A stretch of DNA of 53,918 bases from an uncultured Dehalococcoidaceae bacterium (GTDB lineage: Bacteria > Chloroflexota > Dehalococcoidia > Dehalococcoidales > RBG-16-60-22), in contig CAZWYS010000003.1 of NCBI GenBank assembly GCA_964638295.1, forward strand, positions 1 through 53,918, in the 5' to 3' direction. Each line of letters begins with the position of its first letter. Positions within the stretch are counted from its first letter, which is position 1. The translations under genes and the position numbers were made by a program. Positions 37,522 to 46,119 of the stretch are shown here, one piece after another. Below the pieces are notes generated by a model, which saw nothing but the letters and a program-made list of their open reading frames with translations, ran no database searches and was not told the DNA's origin.

Positions 37522-37549
37522 ATTATAACTCCAATAGCTCTCACGTCAA
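37522..37549 (-). promoter_or_regulatory. Sigma70-type promoter for the leuB-like gene
   Basis: TTGACG-16 nt-TATAAT on the minus strand. Confidence 0.45.
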
Positions 37550-37695
37550 TATCCAGATTAGTTCTGTATATTAAAAACGGTGTGTAACCCCCTTTCTAGT
37601 ACTGATGAATAGCGCCGAGTGAGTCCTCGCCCTGGTTAACAATCCATCAAATTGCCTGGAAGGTCACGAAACAGGCAACTATTCAAGAGAATACT

Positions 37696-39093
37696 TTATC
37701 GTTCCGGCGAGGTCTCTTCTGAGGTGGGCAGCGTAAAGACGAAACGGCTACCCTTTCCCAGTTCACTGTGAACTTCAATCTTCCCACCATGAGCCTCCAC
37801 GAAGCGTTTGGCAATGGTTAACCCAAGGCCGCTGCCGCCGGTGGCTCTGGTGCGGGACTTGTCAACCCTGTAGAGACGCTCAAATACATTAGGCAGGTCC
37901 TCTTCAGGGATACCTTCACCCGTATCGGTCACCGCCACCTCCAACCAGTTGCCCTTATCTATAGCGCTCACGGTGATGCTGCCACCATCAGCAGTGTGAG
38001 CTATCGCGTTGTCCAAAAAGTTATGGAGCACCTGGGCAATCCGCTGAGCATCAATGTTCACTGGTGCGAGCTTATCCGCAAGTTCAGTAGATAATGAAAT
38101 TCCTTTTGACGCTGCCTGAGCCTGGACTGCCAGTACTGTCTGGCTGATTAATTCAGAGATGTCCTCAACTTTGCGGATTAATTTCAGTTCGCCGGCTTCG
38201 GCAAGACTCAGTTCTTGAAGCTCGTCTACCAGCCGTGACAGCCGGGTCGTCTCTTCACTTAGTGATTGAATGGCATTGGTATCCGGCTGTATCACTCCGT
38301 CGTTCACTGCCTCAAGATAGCCCTGGATATTGGAAAGCGGGGTTCGCAGTTCGTGTGCCACATCCGCCACCATAGTACGTCGCAATTGTTCCGCACGTTC
38401 CAGGTCATGGGCCATTGAGTTGAAGGCGTGAGCTAACTCTCCCACCTCCCCCTTGTCCTTAACCTCCAGCCTCTGGGAAAAATCGCCCCGCCCCAATCTC
38501 TGGGCGGCTTCAGTCAGGGCTTTAATGGGAGACAGGATTCGCCGCGATAGAATCAGGGTCACCACCAGCGCCACACCGCCTCCGATTAGGCACCCCCACA
38601 TAATAAAATGCGTTATTGAGTGAGACAAAAACCGTGGGGAAGTCACGGCTGTTGACAATTCAGGACCAATGTAAACAGTACCCGATGCCTCCGTCATCGG
38701 TGGCTGTGGCGGTAAGAAAGGATGTGGCGGAGGTGGTAAGAGTGGCAACAACAATGCTTTCTCGGATGGTGGGGCATTATAGGACTGCCCTATCAAATCT
38801 CCCTCAGAATCAGCGATAACTACTCCATTTTTGTCGGTTAGCACGATGCGTCGTCCGTACAGACTTCCCATCTCTTCAACTTGCTCCTGAACACCTGCCC
38901 AGTCTCCCTGCTCAAAATGATAGCGTGTGAGTGAATGTAGTAACCGGGCAAAATGAGCCTCTTCACGCCGCTCCTCAAAACGCCCAATTTCATCGGTAGT
39001 CCTCAGGCTTATAAAGAGAAAGACCGTGCCAATGGTTACTAATATTACCGAGAGAAAGGCGATTAAAAGGCGAAACTTCAGACTATGTATCAT
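37696..39093 (-). CDS. Membrane sensor histidine kinase (BaeS-like, HAMP)
   Basis: Two TM helices, HAMP domain, [23 protein letters not shown] and GSGLGL. Confidence 0.95.
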   Translation of the reverse strand: MIHSLKFRLLIAFLSVILVTIGTVFLFISLRTTDEIGRFEERREEAHFARLLHSLTRYHFEQGDWAGVQEQVEEMGSLYGRRIVLTDKNGVVIADSEGDLIGQSYNAPPSEKALLLPLLPPPPHPFLPPQPPMTEASGTVYIGPELSTAVTSPRFLSHSITHFIMWGCLIGGGVALVVTLILSRRILSPIKALTEAAQRLGRGDFSQRLEVKDKGEVGELAHAFNSMAHDLERAEQLRRTMVADVAHELRTPLSNIQGYLEAVNDGVIQPDTNAIQSLSEETTRLSRLVDELQELSLAEAGELKLIRKVEDISELISQTVLAVQAQAASKGISLSTELADKLAPVNIDAQRIAQVLHNFLDNAIAHTADGGSITVSAIDKGNWLEVAVTDTGEGIPEEDLPNVFERLYRVDKSRTRATGGSGLGLTIAKRFVEAHGGKIEVHSELGKGSRFVFTLPTSEETSPER

Positions 39094-39778
39094 TTTCTGT
39101 CCCTATGAATGTATAACCGACTCCGTACACTGTTTTTAGATATTTAGGATTGTCAAGGTCTGCCTCCAGCTTGCGGCGCAGATTAAGGATGTGGACATCT
39201 ACAGTACGGTCAAAACCTTCAAAGTCATAACCGAGGGCTCTGCTAATGATTTCGGCCCGGCTGAAAACCCTCCCTGGTTCCTTAGCCAGGACTCCCAGTA
39301 GCTTGAATTCAGTCGGCGTCAGATTCATAGACCTACCTCCAAGAAATGCCTGATGTTTCACAAAGTCTACAGTCAGTCTACCAAGCTTAACCTCAGATGG
39401 TCCGCGTTCCCCCGGAAGTCGCCTGAGTAAGGCCCTCACCCTGGCAGCTAACTCCTTGGGGCTGAAGGGTTTAGTCACATAGTCATCCGCCCCCAGGTCC
39501 AGTCCAGTCAGCTTGTCCTGTTCGGTTATTTTGGCAGTAAGCATAATAATAGGCACATCAGATTCTTCCCTCAGAGTGCGGCAAACCTCAAGTCCATCCA
39601 TACCAGGCAACATAAGGTCCAGAACAACGAGGTCAGGATTTCCTTCTCGGGCTTGGCGCAGGGCTTCAATCCCATCATAGGCAGTAAGCACGCGGTAACC
39701 GTCCCGGTTCAAGTAGAGTTTGACCAGTTCTACTGTTTTTTGGTCATCATCAACAACCAGTACCCGCTTACCTGCCAT
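39083..39778 (-). CDS. OmpR-family response regulator (BaeR-like)
   Basis: Receiver plus [19 protein letters not shown] and TVYGVGY. Confidence 0.95.
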   Translation of the reverse strand: MAGKRVLVVDDDQKTVELVKLYLNRDGYRVLTAYDGIEALRQAREGNPDLVVLDLMLPGMDGLEVCRTLREESDVPIIMLTAKITEQDKLTGLDLGADDYVTKPFSPKELAARVRALLRRLPGERGPSEVKLGRLTVDFVKHQAFLGGRSMNLTPTEFKLLGVLAKEPGRVFSRAEIISRALGYDFEGFDRTVDVHILNLRRKLEADLDNPKYLKTVYGVGYTFIGTENDT

Positions 39779-39811
39779 CGCTAAAGTTTCCCATCAATCA
39801 ACTCTAGGCTA

Positions 39812-39845
39812 ATGTTATACCATAAATGTTAAGAAATTATTAAGT
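39812..39845 (-). promoter_or_regulatory. OmpR-type direct-repeat box 1 plus -10 element (upstream of the regulator)
   Basis: Minus strand ACTTAA-TAATT-TCTTAA-11 nt-TAACAT. Confidence 0.7.
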
Positions 39846-39885
39846 TTGGATGACCTCATCTTAATAATGTGAACCCTTAAAGAAA

Positions 39886-39912
39886 CGAGAGGGGGATATT
39901 CTCCCCCTCTCG
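39886..39912 (-). terminator. Intrinsic terminator of the 39956-40396 gene
   Basis: 11-bp stem cgagaggggga/tccccctctcg, followed by TTTCTTT on the minus strand. Confidence 0.75.
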
Positions 39913-39955
39913 CGCTCGTGATGAAGCAAAGTATTGTTGCCAGAAGATTGGTCAG

Positions 39956-40396
39956 TTATTCTGCCGGGGCAAACGGCCTGCACATACCACCAAAACCGCC
40001 ATGACCACGGAAACCAAACCCGGGCAAGTTTTCAGGCATTGATTCCATCCGTTCTTTCATCTTCTCGTATTGTTCCTCGGTTATCTTGCCCTCGGTGAGA
40101 AGATCCTGAAGGCGGTTTTGTAGAGCTTCGGGGTTCATCTCACCGCGGTTTGGCATACCTTCAGGACGCATCTCGTTTCGAACCTGAGCAAAGGCATCCC
40201 CGAGCTTTTCCGGGTTGATGGCGACGCCCGTATTCTTTTCGTAGATTTCACAGACTCTCTCCAGCAGCGCCTCATGCCGGGCCTCAGGCTGGCTTTCATC
40301 CCCGTTGTCGTTAGCAAGAGCTATCCCGCCAATGCTCCCGGCCAGTATCACGGTAGCTAATACCGCCACCACAACCAACTTTTTCCTTCGCCACAT
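39956..40396 (-). CDS. Small exported helical accessory protein of the two-component/exporter module
   Basis: Signal peptide (RRKK, hydrophobic stretch, ALA), EGKITEEQ motif and Gly/Phe/Arg-rich tail; AGGAG RBS. Confidence 0.8.
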   Translation of the reverse strand: MWRRKKLVVVAVLATVILAGSIGGIALANDNGDESQPEARHEALLERVCEIYEKNTGVAINPEKLGDAFAQVRNEMRPEGMPNRGEMNPEALQNRLQDLLTEGKITEEQYEKMKERMESMPENLPGFGFRGHGGFGGMCRPFAPAE

Positions 40397-40434
40397 TTCC
40401 GTTTCTTCTCCTTTCTTTTAAGAATTCTAAAAAC

Positions 40435-40468
40435 ATGATAATAGATAAATATTAAAAACCGATTAAGA
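40435..40468 (-). promoter_or_regulatory. OmpR-type direct-repeat box 2 plus -10 element
   Basis: Minus strand TCTTAA-TCGGT-TTTTAA-11 nt-TATCAT. Confidence 0.7.
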
Positions 40469-40559
40469 TTTAGGAAGATAACGGTTCTTAGTATAACTAG
40501 GATATCTTAACCCCAAGTGAATAAGTAATTTATGCCGATTTTTGGCAGGTCATGAAAAA

Positions 40560-40593
40560 TCTTCATAATTTCTTAATATTTCTCTGCGATACT
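40560..40593 (+). promoter_or_regulatory. OmpR-type direct-repeat box 3 plus -10 element
   Basis: TCTTCA-TAATT-TCTTAA-11 nt-GATACT. Confidence 0.7.
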
Positions 40594-40648
40594 TATAACA
40601 GCATATAATTTTATCTCTCCAAAGTAGTAGAATTCGGAGGCATGGGAT

Positions 40649-42451
40649 ATGAAGAAAGACATAGCTAGAACTCTGATAACATTTATCCTCGTTGGACTTG
40701 CAGTTCCACTGATAGGCTGCGGTTCTGAACAAAGTGAGGCAGAGGCACAGGAGAGCCAGATTGCCACGGTGCAGCGCGGTGACCTGGCGGTGGAAATCAC
40801 GGCTGCCGGCAACCTAGCGTTATCCCGTACTGAGGACCTGGCTATTGACCTGTTCTACCCGGAAGGAACGGTAGAAGAGGTGCTGGTAGAAGAAGGAGAT
40901 ATCGTTGAAGAAGGGCAGGTTCTGGCCAGCCTGGATACGGAGGAATGGGAGGACAATCTGGAAGAATTGCAGGATAAATTAACCGCCGCCGAGCGTACAT
41001 TGACTGCCAAGGAGCGCGCTCTGGTTCAGGATGAGCGTCAAGTTATTGACCTCGAGCGCGAGGTTACCGACAAGGAAGACGAGGTGACCAAAGCTGAACG
41101 CCAGGTGACGGCTAAAGAGCTTGCCGTGAGTCAGGCGCAGGTCACTCTACAGACGGCAGAATATAACCTGAGCCAAATAGACGAAGTGAAAGAAGCACAG
41201 GACATCGTAGACGATGCTGAAGATAATTTGAAGCTTATTAAGATGGTGCTGAGGGGCGAGTTAGACGAAGTATCGGGCGGTTTCCAGTACTGGGTGGATA
41301 TGAAAGCTCTTGCCGAGGCAGAGCTGGCTGAAGCTGAGGAGGACCTGGAGGAGGTATTGGACGGTACCAGTATTACGGTATCAAGAGATGTGGAACTGGA
41401 AGTGGCCGAAAAACAACTGCTGGTTGAGCAGAAGCAGCTGGCACTTGAAGACGCACAGATAGCGGTAGAGGATGCCGAGAAAGCTGTTGACGATGCCAGA
41501 TATGCTCTGGAGGATGCACAGTTAGACGTCGGCGATGCCAGGCATGATGTGGAAGATGCGCAGGTAGATATAGAGGATGCCCGGAAAGCGTTGCTGGACG
41601 CTCAAGAAGAGCTGGAAGAGGCAAACAGTAAAAGCCCGATTATTGTGGCACCATTTGACGGGTTCATCACTAACGTAAACGTGGAAGGTGGCGACGAGGT
41701 TTTGAGCGGTACCGTTACCGTCCAGCTTGCTGACCCCGATAAGTTTGAGGCGGAAATCATGATAAGCGAGATGGACATATTGCAGGTAAAAGAGGGAGGG
41801 GAAGCTCTGGTGCAGGTTGATGCTATGTCCGGGCTAACCCTTCCGGCGGAGGTTACTCATATTTCACCCACCGCCACCATTCAGTCAGGCGTGGTTAATT
41901 ATAAAGTGAAGGTAGAAGTAGCGTCACTTGAAGAAATGATGCAGCAACAGCAGACAACGCGGCAAGAGGCAACGCAGAAAATACAGCAGGGTGGGCTTCC
42001 CGAGCGCCTGAAGCAAGCCATCAAAGAGGGACAAATTACTCAGGAGGAGGCTGAACAAAAGATGCAGCAGATGAAGGCGGCTACGGAAAACCTGACCGCA
42101 CCGAGTTGGGCAGGGCAGACAGCCGCAACAGCATCGGAAGACTTCAAGCTTAGAGAGGGGCTCACCGTTACCGTGACCATCGTGATAGAGGAGGTAACAG
42201 ACGTACTGCTGGTACCTAACGCTGCGATAACCAGCCAGGAAGGCCAGACCTACGTTCAGGTGGTATCGGCGGACGGCACCATTGAGGAACGCACCATACA
42301 GACCGGCATCAGTGACTGGCAGTTCACCGAGGTAACCGAGGGACTCAATAAAGGCGAACAGGTAATTGTTCCGCAGGGAGCCGTCACCACATCCACAACA
42401 CAACAACAAAAACCACCGGGAAAAATAATGATACCTAGAATGGGGAAGTAG
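40649..42451 (+). CDS. MacA/HlyD-like membrane fusion (adaptor) lipoprotein with very long acidic coiled coil
   Basis: Lipobox LIGC, GTVEEVLVEEGDIVEEGQVLA, IVAPFDG and VLLVPNAA. Confidence 0.9.
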   Translation: MKKDIARTLITFILVGLAVPLIGCGSEQSEAEAQESQIATVQRGDLAVEITAAGNLALSRTEDLAIDLFYPEGTVEEVLVEEGDIVEEGQVLASLDTEEWEDNLEELQDKLTAAERTLTAKERALVQDERQVIDLEREVTDKEDEVTKAERQVTAKELAVSQAQVTLQTAEYNLSQIDEVKEAQDIVDDAEDNLKLIKMVLRGELDEVSGGFQYWVDMKALAEAELAEAEEDLEEVLDGTSITVSRDVELEVAEKQLLVEQKQLALEDAQIAVEDAEKAVDDARYALEDAQLDVGDARHDVEDAQVDIEDARKALLDAQEELEEANSKSPIIVAPFDGFITNVNVEGGDEVLSGTVTVQLADPDKFEAEIMISEMDILQVKEGGEALVQVDAMSGLTLPAEVTHISPTATIQSGVVNYKVKVEVASLEEMMQQQQTTRQEATQKIQQGGLPERLKQAIKEGQITQEEAEQKMQQMKAATENLTAPSWAGQTAATASEDFKLREGLTVTVTIVIEEVTDVLLVPNAAITSQEGQTYVQVVSADGTIEERTIQTGISDWQFTEVTEGLNKGEQVIVPQGAVTTSTTQQQKPPGKIMIPRMGK

Positions 42452-42453
42452 AG

Positions 42454-43122
42454 ATGATTCGCTTACAGGGTATAACCAAAGTCTATCCCATGGGTAAAAG
42501 AGAGCTGACCGTTCTCGGGGGGATAACCTTAAATATAAAACAGGGCGAGCTGCTAGCAATTATGGGACCCTCCGGCTCGGGCAAGTCAACCATGCTCAAC
42601 CTGATAGGTTGTCTGGATAAACCAACCTCAGGTAGTTACTTTCTTGAAGGCAGAGAAGTGAGTCGTCTCAGTAGCGGTGAGCTAGCACAGGTCAGGGGTC
42701 ACAAGATAGGTTTTGTCTTCCAAATTTTTAATCTACTACCCCGGCTCTCGGCGCTCGCTAACGTAGAGCTAGGTATGAGATACGCTGGTGGTATTGACCG
42801 TAAGCAAGCTATGGAGGCACTGGCTAAAGTTGGACTCTCCGACCGGGCTAATCACCGCCCTACCGAGTTATCCGGGGGTGAGCAGCAAAGAGTCGCCATC
42901 GCCCGGGCGCTGGTGAAGAACCCGCCTCTCATACTGGCAGATGAGCCCACTGGTAACCTGGACAGCCGCTCAGGCGAGGAGATAATCTCCATTCTCACCT
43001 CTTTACATGCTGAGCAGGACATTACCCTGGTGATGATAACCCATGACACAAACGTTGCCCACCACTGCCAGCGCATCATCCATCTCATGGATGGTCAGGT
43101 GGAAAGGGAGGAGAAGGTATGA
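42454..43122 (+). CDS. MacB/LolD-family ABC ATP-binding protein
   Basis: GPSGSGKST, LSGGEQQRV and LADEPTGNLD. Confidence 0.95.
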   Translation: MIRLQGITKVYPMGKRELTVLGGITLNIKQGELLAIMGPSGSGKSTMLNLIGCLDKPTSGSYFLEGREVSRLSSGELAQVRGHKIGFVFQIFNLLPRLSALANVELGMRYAGGIDRKQAMEALAKVGLSDRANHRPTELSGGEQQRVAIARALVKNPPLILADEPTGNLDSRSGEEIISILTSLHAEQDITLVMITHDTNVAHHCQRIIHLMDGQVEREEKV

Positions 43123-44351
43123 AGAAATGGTTCGAACCTTTCTCAACAGCTTGGGTCGGTGTAGTCACCCACAAGCTTCGCAGCTTCTTGACCATCCTCG
43201 GAATCGTCATCGGTGTCGCCGCTGTGATTGCTCTGATGTCCATCGGCAGAGGTGCTTCGGCGGACATCCTCTCCCGCATCGAAGGTATGGGATCGGACCT
43301 CATTAGCATTAGTCCCGGGGCGTCTACCTTCGGAGGAGTAAGGAGTGCTGCCGGAAGTGTTCGCACGCTTACTCAAGAAGATGCGGAGGCAATAGCCGAG
43401 CAGGTAGCCTATGTAAATTTGGTAGCCCCTACCTACTCAACATCGCTCCAGATAGTTGTCGGTGGTGAAAATATGAATTCTCAGGTTACTGGCGTCCCCC
43501 CGGAGTACCAAGAGATACAGAATTTAGAGATTGCTAACGGCGCCTTCTTTTCTGATTACGAGTATCAGCGTGGCGCCAAGGTGGTTGTACTTGGCTCTGA
43601 GGTAAAAGAGACCCTGTTTGGAGATACCAACCCGGTAGGGCAACAGATTCGTATGGGGAATAATATTGTTCGCGTTATTGGAGTCATGGAGAGTAAAGGA
43701 GGTGGATTTGGCTCACAGGATAGCTCTATACTGATTCCGCTGACGGCAATGCAACAGATAGTCGCCCAGCCGCGAACCAGTCAGGGAGAGCGCGTGGTAT
43801 CATCCATAGCCTTGACGGTAAGTGATGAAGAGCAGGCAGATTACGTGGTCGAGGAAATCACCAGTCTGCTTCGTACCCGCCATCGGCTTGGCCCTAATGT
43901 AGATGATGACTTCCGTATCATGTCCATGCAGGAGATAGCCGAAACTATAACTGAAGCGACAGGAACGATGACTCTTCTTTTGGGTGCGATTGCCGCTATT
44001 TCACTGCTGGTGGGGGGCATTGGAGTAATGAATATTATGCTGGTCTCGGTACTGGAGAGGACCAGAGAGATAGGCATTCGCAAGGCGTTGGGCGCCAGAG
44101 AGCATGATATATGGATTCAATTTCTGATAGAGGCCGCCTTACTGACGTTTGCCGGTGGCATTATCGGGGTTGTCGCAGGCTGGGCAGTTTCCTACGTTGT
44201 TTCCAGTATGGAACTAATGACAACCGTAGTTACGGCTGATATAGTTATTCTTGCGGTTTCGGTCTCGGTAGGTATTGGTCTATTCTTCGGCTTTTACCCT
44301 GCCTGGAATGCGTCCCGGCTCAACCCTATTGAAGCCCTCAGGTCGGAATAG
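43119..44351 (+). CDS. MacB/FtsX-family ABC permease
   Basis: LRSFLTILGIVIGV, VGGIGVMNIMLVSV.ERTREIGIRKALGA and PIEALRSE. Confidence 0.95.
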   Translation: MKKWFEPFSTAWVGVVTHKLRSFLTILGIVIGVAAVIALMSIGRGASADILSRIEGMGSDLISISPGASTFGGVRSAAGSVRTLTQEDAEAIAEQVAYVNLVAPTYSTSLQIVVGGENMNSQVTGVPPEYQEIQNLEIANGAFFSDYEYQRGAKVVVLGSEVKETLFGDTNPVGQQIRMGNNIVRVIGVMESKGGGFGSQDSSILIPLTAMQQIVAQPRTSQGERVVSSIALTVSDEEQADYVVEEITSLLRTRHRLGPNVDDDFRIMSMQEIAETITEATGTMTLLLGAIAAISLLVGGIGVMNIMLVSVLERTREIGIRKALGAREHDIWIQFLIEAALLTFAGGIIGVVAGWAVSYVVSSMELMTTVVTADIVILAVSVSVGIGLFFGFYPAWNASRLNPIEALRSE

Positions 44352-44419
44352 ACGCTGGCTTGTCTGGTATAACATTACGGGTTCCAGTCAAGTTATTGCC
44401 TGTTACTCGTACTCTCCAT

Positions 44420-45037
44420 CTATTTTTTGGCCATAGCCGCTAGAAGCTTAGCCGCCCGAACCGGGTTAAATACCCCGCAGGCGCATTGCGGCGCCAGAGC
44501 CCTGGCTGCCTCTTCAGGAGCCTTCCTCCCCGCTTTTATCTCACCAACCATAGTCTTGACCAGCTCCGGGGAGATCATGGCATGACCACACATTGTGGTA
44601 ACCTCAAGTATATCACTGCTGGGCAACTTCTCTGTCTTACCCCACGTCTCCAGCGAGAAGTTGGCAGTATGATGCTGTAAGCCAGCTTTCTCAAAGCATT
44701 CATCAACATTCTCAAAAATGCCGCTTACCACTACCGAAAGCCCCAGGTCCGCTTCTTTTAGCTCCTTCAGGACTTCCGTTACGGCTTCTTTATTATCGAA
44801 GACGGCATGTGACAGTTTATTGGCACTGTTAATAACATTCTCCCATTCGCTCGGGTCCAAGCCCCCTTTATCAACATGCCCGATATTTACCGGTTTGTGT
44901 TTTATGGCGATCTTAAGGAACTCCTTTAATTTCGCTTCGTGTCCTTTATCGTTCATCCCCATGGCGGGTATAATCAAAACGACGTAGTCTCCACTCAGGC
45001 TCTCGGCGGTTCCCCGGCGATGTAAGGTGTGCGTCAT
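44420..45037 (-). CDS. Uncharacterised His/Cys-motif protein (THTLHR, HHT, TMCGH, CxCG), copy A
   Basis: GAGGAGGAG RBS; gapless paralog of 48255-48872. Confidence 0.88.
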   Translation of the reverse strand: MTHTLHRRGTAESLSGDYVVLIIPAMGMNDKGHEAKLKEFLKIAIKHKPVNIGHVDKGGLDPSEWENVINSANKLSHAVFDNKEAVTEVLKELKEADLGLSVVVSGIFENVDECFEKAGLQHHTANFSLETWGKTEKLPSSDILEVTTMCGHAMISPELVKTMVGEIKAGRKAPEEAARALAPQCACGVFNPVRAAKLLAAMAKK

Positions 45038-45055
45038 TATCTCCTCCTCAAATAC

Positions 45056-45772
45056 TTAAACTTTTGCTTTAGGTTGACCCAAGCCGGCATTCTGTTTTCC
45101 ATTTATACGATACGAAATACCCAGCTTATCCATCAACTTTCGCAGTGGATAAGAGCCATCCGGGTCAGCCCGGTTGATGCACTCGACCGTCATTACCGTA
45201 TCAATTTCTTTGGCTACCTCTTTCAGGGCATTTATGACCTCTTCAAATTTATCTATGGGAAGCAGGCACTCAATGATAGCAGAGAGCACCTTTTCATTGA
45301 GCACATCTTCCTTGAATTTACCCGTCTTCACGTCTTCCATGAGCATAGTGACCGGGTTCTTGGGTTCGAATTCAACCCCGTATTTGGCGAGTACCCGGGC
45401 TACTTTATCCACATCGCGAAAACGCGTGCCGATGCCCGGTCGCCCAAATTCACAGCCCAGGCCGACCCATCCCCTTTGAAAACGACCGGTGACCTCGTTG
45501 GTCTTCATTTCCTCCGTTCCGCGTCCGGCGATACCTGTTGCCTCGTGCACCCCCCTCGGATTGGAGAAAGTGGCCCGAAGAGAGCGCGGCCAAGGCGCTT
45601 CCTCGAATATAATGCAATCCACCGGACAAACGTTTGAATTCTTGCAGACTCCACAATCTACGCATTCGTCCTGGTCGATAACAGCCACATCACCCTTCAT
45701 GCTGATGGCGTTAACCGTACAGTAGGGTATGCACACTTCACACGCGATACAGATGTTTTCATCAATCCTCAT
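45056..45772 (-). CDS. 2x[4Fe-4S] ferredoxin-domain protein with conserved C-terminal GRGTEEMKTN domain, copy A
   Basis: CIACEVCIPYC and CVDCGVC.....CP. ATG 45772 has a GGGGAGG RBS and aligns with the start of the 46120 gene. Confidence 0.9.
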   Translation of the reverse strand: MRIDENICIACEVCIPYCTVNAISMKGDVAVIDQDECVDCGVCKNSNVCPVDCIIFEEAPWPRSLRATFSNPRGVHEATGIAGRGTEEMKTNEVTGRFQRGWVGLGCEFGRPGIGTRFRDVDKVARVLAKYGVEFEPKNPVTMLMEDVKTGKFKEDVLNEKVLSAIIECLLPIDKFEEVINALKEVAKEIDTVMTVECINRADPDGSYPLRKLMDKLGISYRINGKQNAGLGQPKAKV

Positions 45773-45958
45773 TTGTTCCTCCCCCTTTCTGATTTTGAGT
45801 ACCTTTAATAATATAAAGTATTGCGGGCAAAGTATCAAATCCCAAAAAAGAACGGTGACATTTATTAAACCCTGTCGCGCCTTATTACAGAAAGCCGAAT
45901 ATGGAGTTCCCTGGAGCGACAATGCCTTCAAATAAGCTCACCGACACAGGAAGCTTAA

Positions 45959-45988
45959 TTGACAGTAGTGAAAAATCAAATTTATAAT
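45959..45988 (+). promoter_or_regulatory. Consensus sigma70 promoter for 46120-48872
   Basis: TTGACA-18 nt-TATAAT. Confidence 0.7.
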
Positions 45989-46119
45989 ACTTTATAGTTC
46001 AGTTAAACTGTCTATAAGTATTCTTATGCCCAGCAATCTTGCCCTAGGTTATGCGTGAATTTTCTCCATTAATCCGGTCTTCAACCGAAAGTAGAAAAAG
46101 AGGAAAGAGGTGATACAAC

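Noticed and set aside
45773-45931. 53-aa N-terminal extension of the ferredoxin gene in the ORF track
   Set aside because: ATG 45772 has a strong RBS and aligns with the paralog start; the extension is intergenic-like sequence.
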